Assembly (NCBI RefSeq): GCF_006345805.1
Contig: NC_042997.1
Span: 54,684,001 to 54,748,000 of the forward strand
From: Octopus sinensis
Taxonomy: Eukaryota
Direction: 5' to 3'
Length of the DNA: 64,000 bases
The notes under the pieces were generated by a model, which was not told where the DNA came from, searched no databases, and worked only from the letters and a program-made list of their open reading frames with translations. This document shows positions 13,737-27,976 of the stretch, piece by piece; position 1 is the first letter of the stretch; every line of letters starts with the position of its first letter. Position numbers and translations under genes: made by a program.

Positions 13737-16700
13737 TTATATATATGTTAGTATTAAAAAGTGGTAGAAAAAAGTACTTGAAACCATTGTAGAGCATAAT
13801 AATTTATTTTGGTTGATCCAATTTTCTCTTATTCTGAAGTTTACTTTATGTCTGACCAGTTCATTAGACAGAATAAACTTGATGAGAAAGAATGACTATT
13901 TCATATAACATTAAATGGCTGGGAGCATATGAATGGATGGCCAGTAGATAGGAACATATGATTAGTTGACAATTTTAAATTCAGTTACTTTTGTCAAATC
14001 TATTTTTTTTTTCATCAAATTCTTTTATTTCAAAATGAAATCATTTTCTGTTATAACATTTGCTGTCTATATCCATTTTTGTAATCAAATATATTAAAGC
14101 TTTTGTGTAACTGGTAATGACAACACAATCTTAGAAAAATGTTTTAAGTGATATTTTTCAACCTGTATAAGAGAATCCGTGAGGATGTAGGTAAACTAGT
14201 TATATTTTACACATCCTTCTATTAAAATCGTAGTCCATTCAAATACTGCCAAATTGGTTGGCAGTGTGTTTCAAAATATTCTGCTTGCTCTACCAATTTT
14301 CTGCTGCCAAAAAACCTCATTAATACAATTATTCTAACTGTGTTTATATTATTTGCATCTTGTTTCTTGTACTATCTTTCACTCAATGCTTCTCAACATT
14401 TTTCTACTAAGGATCCATATTCATCTTTTTTCTTTTTTTTAGAGAGAACTGTTTGTCCTATAACAATAGGTTATGGAAATCTATTTGTCTTATTAACCTA
14501 GGAATGTATGAATTCAAATTTCCTAAATATTTTGATCTATGTTACTACTTGCTTTTCAAATACACCATGTTTTATATCAAATTATTATTTATGCTAAAGT
14601 AAATAGATGAGCAGATGTTGTCATTTCCTGTTAATTAGTTCACAAGAGGATTATGGTAGTGAATTACTATTATTAGTATAATTAAGTTATCATTAACTTC
14701 AGTAAAATCTGCAAGGAATTTTATTAACCTTGCTTACAATATCTGCATGGTACATACGTCTGTTTTCCATTTTATTTGTTGTACATGGATTTCAGAAAAG
14801 CATGTTCCAGAGAAGGATAGAAGTCATCAGAAGTATTTCTCCTATACTTTTTATGGGTTGTGCTATTGAGGAAGTATAATTGTAGAATGTGTGGTTCTCA
14901 TGTCAGATTTTATGGGTGAAAGAAATAGTAAAGTAGACTAGTAGAAGACTTGGATTTCAAGCAAATTGTCATGTAAATCGTCTAGTTGTCTATAGACTCT
15001 GAGCAAATCATTATGTTATCTATTGACATTAATAGAGTAAGTGTAAGAAACCTAGCTGAATATTAGTGAGAGTCTTCAGTATTATGCAGAAATACTGATA
15101 TTTGCAAGACAAAAGTTTGGTCAAGTGTCAATAACTATAGTTCATTTCTGGAAAGTCTGGAATTGTTTTGATCTTTGCTGGTAATTATTACAATTTACTC
15201 TAAATATAAAATGTCTTGATTGCTGTTCACCTTTATACAGGTATGCTCAACAAAGGTAGGATACTTTAAGATAGTCAACAATAATTTTGCCTCTAATTAT
15301 AGTAATGGATGAAACAAAACAATATTTTGGGATTACAGTATATTAGGGATGGATTGCTCTTGATTTGTGATTGTAATTTAGTTTTTTGCTCAACATACTT
15401 CCAACAGAATTGAAATGATGACTAAAAGAGTTCAGTGATACATTTTATATTTAGTTTTCTTATTACTTTAAATGGACTTAGTTGCTTCACTAATGCAGTG
15501 ATGTAATAAACATGGTGAGATAAAGTTACTGGCACCAACACAGCAAGTAAGGAAGAAGAAATTAGAAAATAATTTTTTTGAAAAAACTGACTTAATCAAT
15601 GGAAATATTTTATAAATGGACATTTAGCTAACTTTTGTTTTTTAAACTAGAAAATTGGGAAGCTTTATTTGTTTCTTAAGGTGGTGCATAAATATTTGTC
15701 ACAGGAAACTGGTTTTCAGATTTTCAGATATTTTAAGAGAGCCCCAAAATATTAATTTTTGTGGGAATATATCAGCAGAATAATTAAGAAGTAAAATAAA
15801 GAAAGCTGCTTAAATTACAATAAATTATATTTTATAATTTATTTGATTGCAACTCAGAATAGGTGAGCTTCTTCTGTGCAGTTTCTGGATCTACTAGGAA
15901 TAGCAGCTAAATTTCCTTCAGTGTAGTCATATATGTGTGTTTATCAAACTAGTTTACATACATACACACAAAGACAGGCTGGTCAATGCTTGAATGCCTT
16001 GATTGTGTGCTGCTCAATCAGTGTTAACCTGGGACTAAACAACAACAACCTGTTTCATCTTGGATAAGTGATGGGGGAATGAATGAAATTAGTGAAGTTA
16101 ATATTGATCAATTGAAGTTAAATATGTACATCAAATGGTGTTGTCTCCTAGACAACTAAATTTCTTTTCTTTAGTATTTAAGGTCAGTATTGAAAATATC
16201 TCAAAGAAAAAAAAATTCTTTGTAGTTATAAGAAGTTGAATGTAAATAAATGGATTTTTAAAAAATTGTATTTACTTCTAGTTTAAGTAAATATTCTTTA
16301 CAAATATTTAAATATATGCAATTAGATGTTTTCATTGAAGAAGAGGAACTAATTTTATTTGGAAGGATTATTTGTAAATGAGTCTATGTTCACATGATTT
16401 TGAAATAGAAACCATAATACTTTATTTATATTATTTGTAATGAATATGTGGAATGTTGTTTATTGATTTTGTGGCCAAGATTTTTGTTTATTTGTTCAGT
16501 GACAGCTTGTCAGATGAGGCTGGTGGAATGGTTGCCAAATCATTTCATCTAACCTAAGAGTAGAATAACTTACCTTGAGGAGTAAATCCATAATTAGAGA
16601 TAAAAATACATACAAAGAAAAATTATTAAACAAATAAAATGGACAATAATCATCAAAGTATATCTTAATTAATTTGCCACATCAAGTCATGAAGGGGAAT

Positions 16701-17584
16701 TAAGTCTATTTTTTCAGAAACACAGTTGGAAAACAAATCACTTCATTGTATATTATGGGTAACTTTCTGGGAAATTCTGGTACTTATTTACATATATCTT
16801 GGAGCTGAAGAAAATAGCATTATCTTGGTCATGAACTGATGAAATATTTGGTTTCCAATACCTTATCAACTGACTCATTCATATTTTTTTAATAATTCAG
16901 TTATACTTTGTGAAATAAGTGTAAAATTCAATAACATTTAAATGAAAAAAAGCAATTTTCCTTTCATAGCATTTAAGCATGATACTACTTGTGGTTCATC
17001 TGAAGCAGATGACAGTCTACAACAAGCTAATATGTTCAAATAAGGATTGATAAATTGATAAACACTTGAGTGACTTCAGTAGAGCTACAAAACGCAGTTA
17101 CAGGACACTAAACTATATCTCAAGTTAAAGTCTGATATCATATCTGCTTGCTTATTTAGCGTTCACAATGATAAACTGCTACCTAATTACTTGAGTTGTG
17201 AGAAATAGCAGCCAAACCTCCCTCAAATCACATCCTGCCATCTTGAAAATGGAAGATTACATTGGATAGTATAGTTCTAGATGAACTCTTTCTTAAAAAT
17301 GATGGGCTCAAAATTAGATACCTTTTATCATAGATCTGCTCAGTTATGATTGGCCTGGGGCTATAAACAACAATCTTTACAAAAATGTTGTGTACAAGAA
17401 ATAAAGTAGAGATGTACATTAATCAGAGAAAGAAGATGAACAAAACTTCATTTAGGTCCACTAATTCTTAGTTTTGTAGGATTACTCTTGATCACCAATT
17501 TCTATAAATGATAGGCTGTTGATAGAAAATACAAAAGCCTCTCTAATTTCTAAATACATTCTATAAAACATTATTTACAAATAG

Positions 17585-17635
17585 CACCCTTTCTATGATG
17601 CACATAGGAAAACTATGCTAAGGCTGGATGATAAG
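17585..17635 (+). CDS. candidate 51-bp phase 0-0 exon HPFYDAHRKTMLRLDDK
   Basis: AAG|gtaagt donor, tttacaaatag acceptor; only the phase-0 frame is open. Confidence 0.35.
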
Positions 17636-19799
17636 GTAAGTTTATAGAATGTGAATAAATTTTTCATTCATACTCAATTAGGATCTTACATCTGCCCAGT
17701 TGGTTGGCTTTTTAAAATTTGTGTTTCTCTTTTACTGCTTAAAATATAGTACAGCTATGAATAAATTACAAATCCTAGTAAGAATTGTACCTTCAACAAA
17801 AATTAGTGGCTTTAGGCAGAAAATAATGAAGATATATATGGAGAACTACAGGTAGGGAAAACTGATGGAATTTGAAACGTTTAAATGCCAAAATTTTATA
17901 CAGTAAGAAACTAAAATAGGACTACATATTTATTAGAAACCTTAAGGCAATGATGAAAACCTTTATATGCTTGCTCAACCTGCTCAAAATAATTGCACAA
18001 CTCTCTCATAACATAATTTGTTGTCTTAAGAAAATAGAGAGAATATATTATTTGGAAATATTTTTACAAAATTATCAACAATAAGAAATAAATAAGAACG
18101 AAAACCTGTTTAAATTACAACAAACTGATTTTCAAGTTTTCCTTTATTTTAAGGTTGTTGTTGCATCTGTAATGAGTAAACCTCTAGATTGTAACTGGAC
18201 CTGCAAGGAATAGCAACTATCCATTAAATGTAATTTTGAACATTTGATATCAAATTATTGTTTATCTCAAAGCAATCGGATGTAAGCAGATGGTGCCTTT
18301 CCTATTATTAGTCGACTAGTATACTACAGTAGTAAATTACTATTATTAGTGTTTTTAAGTTATCAGCTTTAGTATTAGCTACATTGGGTAATATAGTCCT
18401 TGATATACTATGTCTAAAAAGAAATAATTAGATGGTCTGTGAAATCAAGGTTGACTTGAGACTAAATAAACTATAAGAAACCATAACCCCAGTAATACAG
18501 CCTATAAATGTTAGTAGAATAGTGTGGTATAAACAATTAGAAAAGATAAGTGACAAGAACAGGAATATAAGAATGTGGCTGTAAGGAATTTTACCAAGAA
18601 GCTATGTTTTTATTTTATATCCATTAGTTTATATTGGTGCTTTGTTGTCCAAAGTGTAATGAGATTAGGCAGGTATCCAGTGATTGAAGTGGTGGGAGTT
18701 GTTCATGATATTACCTATATGTACCTAGAAGTTTCATTTGAGCTTATCCTTTGTTGTATTATTCTTGTTATATCAGTTCAATGTTATCTTGGCTTAATGT
18801 TGTATCTTGAACTCTTTAATTCTGAGCAACCAAAACATTGACTTTTCATGATTAAAGTTGTCTTTTAATGGGTGATTAGAACTAATAACTTTAACCAAGG
18901 CTAAGGAATAAGAATTGCACTGTATATGTTCCCCTCTAAGGAACATATATGGAAATGGATATAATGCTGCAAAAATATCTTTTGTTGGAGACTGATTTTG
19001 ATCAAAGGAAAAAGTTCTATTATCTTTATCAGAAATTAAGACACTATGAGGATTTTTCTGAACACAATCTTCATAGAATCATTATTCCATAAGAATGAAA
19101 TAATGAAGTGTGTTTTGGAAGTTGGCTTGTTTTCAGCACTGTAAAGAATATATCTTGTTGCTTGCTACACTCTTTGTTGGCTAATGTTTTGGGTGGTTGT
19201 CAATTTCAATATGATTTAAGAGTTGGATTGTACACTAAAGTGAAAATATCTTTTTGTTGATTCCTTACACAAATGACAAAGTATGGAACGTTTATGGTTA
19301 GTGTTCTTTATATAATATCAAAGGTTCTTTACTTTTGAATTGGAGTTGTTGTCATCATCATCATTTAATGTCTGTCATCCATGCTGGCATGGGTTGGAAG
19401 GTTTGACAGGGTCCAATGAGCCAGTAGTGAAATTGTGATGTTTTTCATATCTTTATTCGAAGTTTATTTTATATCAATTTTTACTGGTTTCAGTCATAAG
19501 ACATGTACTGGCCATAGTACTTAGACAGCTAATCATTTTATCAAACTCATCAAAATGGCTGAGGTCAGCTATTGAATTACTTTCCTTGAATGAGTTACCT
19601 CCCTTTAGAGAGTTGAAAAGATTTACACTAGTTCACCATATATATATACATGCATAATCAAGAAGATTGATGATAAAAACCTTCAATATTTTTGTTTTCT
19701 TAGGAATAGTGTTCTTTAGTGTACATTATCCAATGTAATTTTTTTTTCAAGAAAGTAATATATGTTTTGAGGTAGATTTGGCTGTAATTTTTAGCAGTT

Positions 19800-20530
19800 T
19801 AAGTAACCACATAGAGGTGCCTTTGTTGGCTTGTGTGTTTGTGTGTTGTATAGTTTACTTTTGAGTACCTGGCAGCTCCTCGAAAACTTGGATCAATGCA
19901 GTTGATGTTAAGTTTGTAAGTTGAAGTGTGCAAGAAAACAAGGAGCAGAGGGAGTTTCCAGAGGGTTGATGTTCTGTGAAGTAAGGATTGAACATAGTAA
20001 CTATTGCAGAGTGTGAGTGATGAGATACTGTTAAAGAAAAGAGGCAAAATAAATGTGTTGAGTTGGTCAAGTAGTTGAAAGTAGGAGAAACCGTTGTGGT
20101 AGTGATAGAATAGAGAGTGGAGAAAGCAAGTATTTGAGCCATGGATCTTAGTGTGTTGATTAGTGAATCTTTGCCAAGAAAAGGTTGGTGCTTTAAAATA
20201 ACTATAGATGAAAACTTCAGATGCAGAAGCTCTCCTCAGTAAAGAGCAAAAGGTATGTTCAATCAACTGGTGGTGTTTGTTGAAGTTTAGAGATCAGGAA
20301 AGACAGCAGATGAATTTAGAGGAATGAGGAAGGGTGTTTATGAGACAATATATTTAGAAGTCTTTGTCATTGATATCCAGTTAAGAGAAGTGAATTGTTG
20401 AGCGAGTCAACAGTATATATGTGCAAACACCACTCGCTGAGCAAAGTTTTGAGTTGTCAAAAGTATCTGTATCTTGGTGAGAGAGCATGTGTCAGCTGCA
20501 TGTTAATAGGTGATGAGTGAGGTCCAGGTT
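19800..20530 (-). mobile_element. CR1/L2-group LINE RT C-terminal remnant
   Basis: Minus reads SLFYHYHNGFSYFQLLDQLNTF...YYVQSLLHRTSTLWKLP...YKLNIN, resembling the SLFYRY..G.CS.EL...SF..RTS.LWNSLP..F...N ending of CR1/L2-group RTs. Confidence 0.65.
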
Positions 20531-20554
20531 GAACTGAAACTATGGATGCTGATC

Positions 20555-20950
20555 ATCGCTATCATCATCATTGTTGTTTGACATCTGCTTTCCATGCTGC
20601 CATGGATTGGACATTTTGACTGAGGACTGGCAAACCAGGAGGCTGCACCAGGTTCCAATCTGATTTGCCAAGATTTCTACTGCTGGATACCCTTCCTAAT
20701 GTTAACCACTCTGAGAGTGTGGTGGGTGTTTTTGACGTGCCAATGGCATGAGAGCCAGTCAGGTGGCACTGGCATCGATCATGCTTGAATGGTGCTTTGT
20801 ACATGCCACCGGCATGGTGCCACTGGCATGGTAGTAAGTTAGGTGACACTGGTATCAGCCACACTCGAATGGTGCTTTTTACATGCCACTGGCATGGGTA
20901 CCAGTAAGGTGGCACTGGCATTGGCCACGACTATGATTTCACTTGGTTCA
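20555..20950 (-). mobile_element. RTE 3' UTR/tail copy with internal tandem repeats
   Basis: catcatcattgttgtttgacatctgctttccatgctg... followed by repeated gtgcttttacatgccac..ggcactggc units. Confidence 0.85.
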
Positions 20951-22054
20951 ACATTGATATCTTGGCTCAACATTGATATCTAAGGAAAATAATTACCCAG
21001 TAGATTTATCGGTTATTTCTTTATTGTTTCATATTTCATAATAACCATGTAGCACATACATTGCTAGAAGGAAATGATTGGACATGACTCATGAGTCACT
21101 GCTAACTATTATTCCAATCTCTGTAAAAGTAGTTCATCTGGATGTCAGTGGTTGTAGGTGAGCCCCTTAAAATCCTGATGTACTAATCATAAGTGAAGAG
21201 AACAGGTAACAAGATTATATGCCAGCTGATATGTGCCACTTACCAAAGTGTTACTTGTAGGAGAGGCCTCTATCATATCTGGTACCTGTCTTCTACTAGG
21301 ACACCTTTTTCTCATGTTCTCTCTAACAAACAACACTTCTGTGCAAGGGTAAGTGTATGAAGAAGTGTCTCGTTTGGATATCCTAGGAACTTGCTCTGAA
21401 TGTTTGTAATAGAATGAATTCTGCTAAAGTCTCCTAAGAATCAGCTGGGACTGGGTGACATAATAGAATTAACTTATCATGCTAAAAGAGGGAGAAAAAA
21501 TTCTGAGCCATAGGATTTTATTGTGGCATCAGCACTAGAATTGTTTTTTTTTTTTTAATTCTCTGCGCTGAACTGGTCTTCAACCTCCGTTGTGTTGCAT
21601 TCACTGCATGTATGCAAGTCACATAACTCTTGAGGTACTCTACTTGTATTTTGAAAATAACTGAGAGGGAAAGAGAAAGAGAGAGAGAGAGCGGTGTGAA
21701 ATTAAAAACTGGAGAAAAGAGGAATGAATGGATTGAGCAAGTGGAGCAATGATAAAAGTATAAAAATAAAATAAATGGTAAGTGGGATGAGAGTTGGACA
21801 GCTGTACTGATATCTTCTCTTACACCTAGAAGAGAGTGTAAAACAGTGGGAGATAGAAAACTCTAATATAGGCAGACTTAATTAGGGGTAGGGTGATACT
21901 TTGGGAATGTGGCTGAAGGCCAGTAAATGGGTGATAGGGGAATTAAGTGGGCCCTCAGCATGTGTAGTGAATTTGTAGGTAGGGGTGTATAGGATAGGAG
22001 AGGCTGAAATAGTTAATATAAACGAGAGAATTGAATGCTGCATATATTTTTGAG

Positions 22055-22088
<34 letters not shown>

Positions 22089-22094
22089 ACACAT

Positions 22095-22330
22095 ATGAAA
22101 GCGCATAGCCTTGTGGTTAGGATATTGTACTCATGATTGCAAGATTCTAGTTTCAATTCCTGGACTGGGTATTGCTTTGTATTCTTGAACAAAACACTTC
22201 ATTTCATGTTGCTTTGCAATCACTTTAACATCTGATAAGTAGCACAAGCTGTATCTATTCAGGCAATGTTTATTTATGATGAAGGGAGTGGGCTAATGTA
22301 GAACTCAAACATTTGATCACTATGAAACAA
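22095..22330 (+). mobile_element. tRNA-derived SINE (duplicated at 23580-23815)
   Basis: Box A-like agccttgtggttagg and box B-like gtttcaattcc, then a cttgaacaaaacacttcatt CORE-like body. Confidence 0.65.
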
Positions 22331-22529
22331 ATCATGTGTGCAGTTGTTCAGCAACAAATTGTGGAGCACCCATCTGTTATGTATGACTGGAGAATCCACT
22401 ATATATCATCATCATTATCATCATTGTTTAACATCCATTTTCCATGCTGATATAGGTTTGACGGTTTGACAGGAACCTGACCAGCTGGAGGGGCTGTTCA
22501 GGCTCCATGTCTTTCTGAGTCTAATCACA

Positions 22530-23065
22530 TGCAGAGAGTGAATGTGTGCTCTTCTTTGTTGTCGTCTCACAAATGAACCTTTTTTGGATCAAATAGTGAC
22601 TGGTGATGAGAAATGGGTTCTCTATAAAAATGTCAAGTGCTGAAGACAGTGCATAGGGAAAGGAGAAATACTAGCTGTCCAGGTTAAAGGTCTTCACCTA
22701 AGTAGGGTGTTGTTATCTGTTTGGTGGGATATGAAAGGTTTAGTCCACTTTGAACTTTTCAACCCAAACCAAACAATAACAAAGGAGATTTACTGTGCAT
22801 AACTTGGGCAGCTTAAGTCAGCGCTAGAAGGAAAACGACCATCTTTGGTTTCAAGACGAAAGGTGTTCTTCCATAAGGATAATGCTTGGCCACATACAGC
22901 AAGAATGACATTCCAATGGCTGGAGCAATTTGACTGGGAATGATGCTCCACCCCCATATTTGCTGGACATTGTCCCATCTGATTATCGTTTATTCCACAG
23001 TCTTCAAAATGATTTGGTTGAGAAAAATATAAATTCTGTAGACAAGGTTAGAACAGTACTGGAGG
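22530..23065 (+). mobile_element. mariner (DD34D) transposase fragment, copy 1
   Basis: FLDQIVTGDEKWVLY...LSVWWDMKG...FFHKDNAWPHTARMT...PSDYRLFHSLQN. Confidence 0.9.
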
Positions 23066-23522
23066 AGTATTTGCCACAACTGCGATTTTACTTGGCTTGA
23101 TTGGTCTTCTTCTCAAGCACAACATAATGCCAAAGGTCTCGGTCATTACCTCTGTGAGGCCCAACATTTGAAAGGCGCTCAACCACTTTGCCTTCATGAG
23201 GCTCAATGTTCGAAAGGTGCTTTTTACATGCCACCAGCCTGGGTGTCAGTTATGTGACACCAGCATCAGCCACGACTGCAATTTCACTTGGCTTGATGGG
23301 TCTTCTCAAGCACAGCATATCGCCAAAGGTCTCAGTCACTAGTCATTGCCTCTGTAATATAATATTCACACACACACATACACATTTACACACCACATAC
23401 ATCAGATATACATCAAACAAGTTAATTAATAGCTGAGATTTTAACTTTAAATCTTTTAAAAACTAATTAATATTAATTAGTTTGTTTTAAATAATATACG
23501 AAGGTTTCACATGCATGCATTT

Positions 23523-23573
<51 letters not shown>

Positions 23574-24014
23574 ACACATATGAAAGCGCATAGCCTTGTG
23601 GTTAGGATATTGTACTCATGATTGCAAGATTCTAGTTTCAATTCCTGGACTGGGTATTGCTTTGTATTCTTGAACAAAACACTTCATTTCATGTTGCTTT
23701 GCAATCACTTTAACATCTGATAAGTAGCACAAGCTGTATCTATTCAGGCAATGTTTATTTATGATGAAGGGAGTGGGCTAATGTAGAACTCAAACATTTG
23801 ATCACTATGAAACAAATCATGTGTGCAGTTGTTCAGCAACAAATTGTGGAGCACCCATCTGTTATGTATGACTGGAGAATCCACTATATATCATCATCAT
23901 TATCATCATTGTTTAACATCCATTTTCCATGCTGATATAGGTTTGACGGTTTGACAGGAACCTGACCAGCTGGAGGGGCTGTTCAGGCTCCATGTCTTTC
24001 TGAGTCTAATCACA

Positions 24015-24552
24015 TGCAGAGAGTGAATGTGTGCTCTTCTTTGTTGTCGTCTCACAAATGAACCTTTTTTGGATCAAATAGTGACTGGTGATGAGAAATG
24101 GGTTCTCTATAAAAATGTCAAGTGCTGAAGACAGTGCATAGGGAAAGGAGAAATACTAGCTGTCCAGGTTAAAGGTCTTCACCTAAGTAGGGTGTTGTTA
24201 TCTGTTTGGTGGGATATGAAAGGTTTAGTCCACTTTGAACTTTTCAACCCAAACCAAACAATAACAAAGGAGATTTACTGTGCATAACTTGGGCAGCTTA
24301 AGTCAGCGCTAGAAGGAAAACGACCATCTTTGGTTTCAAGACGAAAGGTGTTCTTCCATAAGGATAATGCTTGGCCACATACAGCAAGAATGACATTCCA
24401 ATGGCTGGAGCAATTTGACTGGGAAATGATGCTCCACCCCCATATTTGCTGGACATTGTCCCATCTGATTATCGTTTATTCCACAGTCTTCAAAATGATT
24501 TGGTTGAGAAAAATATAAATTCTGTAGACAAGGTTAGAACAGTACTGGAGGA
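24015..24552 (+). mobile_element. mariner (DD34D) transposase fragment, copy 2
   Basis: Same as copy 1; ORF 24330-24518 VFFHKDNAWPHTARMTFQWLEQFDWEMM. Confidence 0.9.
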
Positions 24553-25010
24553 GTATTTGCCACAACTGCGATTTTACTTGGCTTGATTGGTCTTCTTCTC
24601 AAGCACAACATAATGCCAAAGGTCTCGGTCATTACCTCTGTGAGGCCCAACATTTGAAAGGCGCTCAACCACTTTGCCTTCATGAGGCTCAATGTTCGAA
24701 AGGTGCTTTTTACATGCCACCAGCCTGGGTGTCAGTTATGTGACACCAGCATCAGCCACGACTGCAATTTCACTTGGCTTGATGGGTCTTCTCAAGCACA
24801 GCATATCGCCAAAGGTCTCAGTCACTAGTCATTGCCTCTGTAATATAATATTCACACACACACACATACACATTTACACACCACATACATCAGATATACA
24901 TCAAACAAGTTAATTAATAGCTGAGATTTTAACTTTAAATCTTTTAAAAACTAATTAATATTAATTAGTTTGTTTTAAATAATATACGAAGGTTTCACAT
25001 GCATGCATTT

Positions 25011-25087
<77 letters not shown>

Positions 25088-26435
25088 GGGAATATTCTTT
25101 ATGTTGCCTGTCTCGTTTCTGTTTGTTTTTTCGTTGTTCAAAAAAAAGTTCGTCTTCTATGTTTTTGTTTTTATGTTTTCATTTCTCATTGTGTCTGCAT
25201 TTTTTTAATGTCCTGTACCCATATATGCATGTATATATATACATATATAAGAAGGTATGTACATATGTGTATGTATATTATACACACACACAAACACAAA
25301 TAATTGTTTTGGAGACTCAAGTATCAATTCACCATAAATTCATTAAAGGTGTCATCATTAAGTGACTCTTCCTGAAGTTAAGAGCAGGAAGTGATTTTAA
25401 ACAGTCATGTTTCTCAATACTTAAACATGAATTTTCAACTTAAACTTTATACATTTAAAATTCTGGTAATATTTATGTAGCATTAGTTCATATGATTTAC
25501 TTTTAAGTATGTTGCTTAATTATTATTCAGTTCTTGATACATTTCTGAAATTTTACTGTAGCTTTTCTCACGTAGTTTAACAACTGAAATTTAATAACTA
25601 TACTTTTTAATTTTAACTTTAGAAAAGCATTGGCTCAAAATTTCTTCCTTAATTGTAATGAAAAACCAATAACTGTAACAATGTTTGTTACTTTGTTGTC
25701 AATCAGCACTTTTGTGTGAAAGTTCATACATGTGGTAAGTTTAAATTGACTGGATTGACAAGTCTGGGTGCAGAAGGTCGTTCTTATTAGCTCATATATT
25801 TCAAGTTTAAATTGATCTACAATGACATGTAACAATGTTACAGTAACAACCACATAAACTATAATGACAATTTCATGTAATATGTATGTGAAGAAAGGGC
25901 AGTGTTTTGACATTTATATAATCAATTTCTAGAATTTTTTTTGGCAATATTTTGGGTGGGTTAAAAGAGCCTGCTTTGTTGTGATTTTGTTATTGACTTT
26001 GTTGTTACAGTTGTTTATTGTCCTGGAGCTAAACTGTAGAGTTTTTCAGTAAGAGTATTTTAATGTTTGCTCTCTTAACACAGCACTTACTACATTTATT
26101 GTCATTCTAGGGTGTGGCAGGCTTCACTATTGTGACTGTAGCCTCCATTATTCAGTAGTAGCAACTTTTGCAGGTTTTCTTGTTCCAGCACATCATTTCA
26201 TTGTGTTCTTTTCTATCAGTAACAGACTGAACAAATCCCTAATTCAGCACAGCTGCCCACACTCCCTTACTATCTGCTTTCTATGAGTTTATATATTATG
26301 AATTTCTCAGACATATTCTAATTACTCTCCTATGTGGATTGGTTTGTCTGTGTGAGTGAGTCTATTAGGTCATTCATTCATTCTACTCATAGTCATCTGT
26401 TACAGTTTATTCCTCATATTGTTGCTATATGACAG

Positions 26436-26503
26436 CATATATACCTGCTGATGTTGGAAGAAGAGCTTACTGAAGGAAGGGAACATGGAGAAGTAATAGA
26501 CAG
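26436..26503 (+). CDS. candidate 68-bp exon HIYLLMLEEELTEGREHGEVIDR
   Basis: gacag acceptor, AG|gtgaca donor, purine-rich open frame; no homology recognised. Confidence 0.28.
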
Positions 26504-27639
26504 GTGACATTCTCTATTTGAGTAAGTGAAATTCTAAAAAGACAAAATTTCTATATGGACTCTGAGAGAGTGGGTGGGGGGAGGGGGGAGCGAATGAGTC
26601 ACTGGTGTTATTTATACATGCTCAACTAAAGGAAAAGATCAATATTAGTTTTCATTGGTGCAAGTGATCAGGATGTCAATGAGAAAACTTAACAGTTGTA
26701 ACAAGTCGTGTTATGTTTGTCTGTGAAAAATTACGCAAATATCTGTTCATATTTGGCTCACATGTAAATTTTCTTCTAACCAAAGCTACAAGCTATGATG
26801 ACATGACATGTCAAGAGTTGGGTGCTTCAGAAAACCCCATCTCTTTCCCTTACTTTGTTTCATGTATATAATTTTGATCTATTTCTCATTTAAAAAGTTG
26901 CTGAAAGTATCTATTTGTATCATCATCATCAAAATAATATTCAAACAGTGTTATATTATAAATTCTAGCTATATTTTAATTTATAAAAGTATGCAAATCG
27001 TGGAATTTAATTGAGAAATCTCTCTTCTTTATCTATTTTGTGTGTGTGTGTGTGCGCGCGCGTATGCATAATTGTATGCATAATTACATTGTGTTTGTTC
27101 ATAGATGCATGTGTGTGTATGTGTGTCTGTGTATGTATGTGTCTGTGTGTCTTTGTGTGTGAAAGCACATGCTTTTGAATCTGTGTGTCTGTGTGCTTGT
27201 GTGCACATGTGTGTGTGTATACATGCACTGTGCAAGTGCGTACATGTACGTTCTGTGTCTTCTGTAACTAATGCTGCTGATGTTCATGCTGCGAGTGCTT
27301 GCATCAGCCAATTAGTCAACAAGAAGTGAGACACAGTCAGATCCCCCATACTAAGGAGCAGACTTGAAGCTTGTGGAAGGTCCCTTCAGGTGGGGAAAGG
27401 AACCAGACTGCTGTATGTGTGTGTGGATATTTTATTACTTCCCTAGTGTTGCATCATGAATCTGGTAAGTGTTTTCTGTTTGAATTGAACAAGATTACTT
27501 CAAGGACAGTTTGTCTGTTAGATCAGGCAATAAAACAGAGCACAAAATACTGTTTCAAGCTCAGATTCCTAACATATTTGATAACTATCGTAACTATTTT
27601 GCTTTTGGTAAAAGCGTATACGAATATAAGTATAGTTGT

Positions 27640-27975
27640 ATATGTGAGAGTGTGTGTCTATGTATGTATGTATGTATGTATATGCACATGTATGTATGTA
27701 TATGCACATGTGTATATATGTATATGCACATGTGTATATATATATATATATGCACATGTATATGTGTGTAAATGTGTGTGTGTTTATATATATATGTGTG
27801 TGTTTATATATGTGTGTGTTTATATATATGTGTGTGTGTGTGTGTGTTTATATATATGTGTGTATGTGTTTATATATATATGTGTGTGTGTGTTTATATA
27901 TGTGTGTGTGTTTATATACATGTATGTTTATGTATATGCATGTATGTATGTATATGCCTGTGTATGTATGTATAT
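27640..27975. repeat. TA/TG compound microsatellite
   Basis: Directly visible; source of the 227-aa pseudo-ORF. Confidence 0.95.
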
Positions 27976-27976
27976 G

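Larger units (their letters stand above)
22086..25070. repeat. tandem duplication, 2 x ~1485 bp, bounded by (TG)n tracts
   Basis: tacacacatatgaaagcgcatagcc begins at 22086 and 23571; copies match apart from the run-length differences I could see. Confidence 0.97.

Noticed and set aside
16971-17043. Terminal exon AFKHDTTCGSSEADDSLQQANMFK*
   Set aside because: Plausible acceptor, but it conflicts with the downstream candidate exons and has no independent support.
22095-22170. tRNA gene
   Set aside because: Only degenerate A/B boxes followed by a SINE body; no cloverleaf. The same applies to the other SINE heads.
25700-26250. Possible very old Tc1-like fragment on minus, or a TM-like exon on plus
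   Set aside because: Only scattered resemblance across many stops and frameshifts; neither reading is supportable.
27300-27400. In-frame TGA as selenocysteine or readthrough
   Set aside because: No SECIS evidence, no homology, and the frame starts in a microsatellite.
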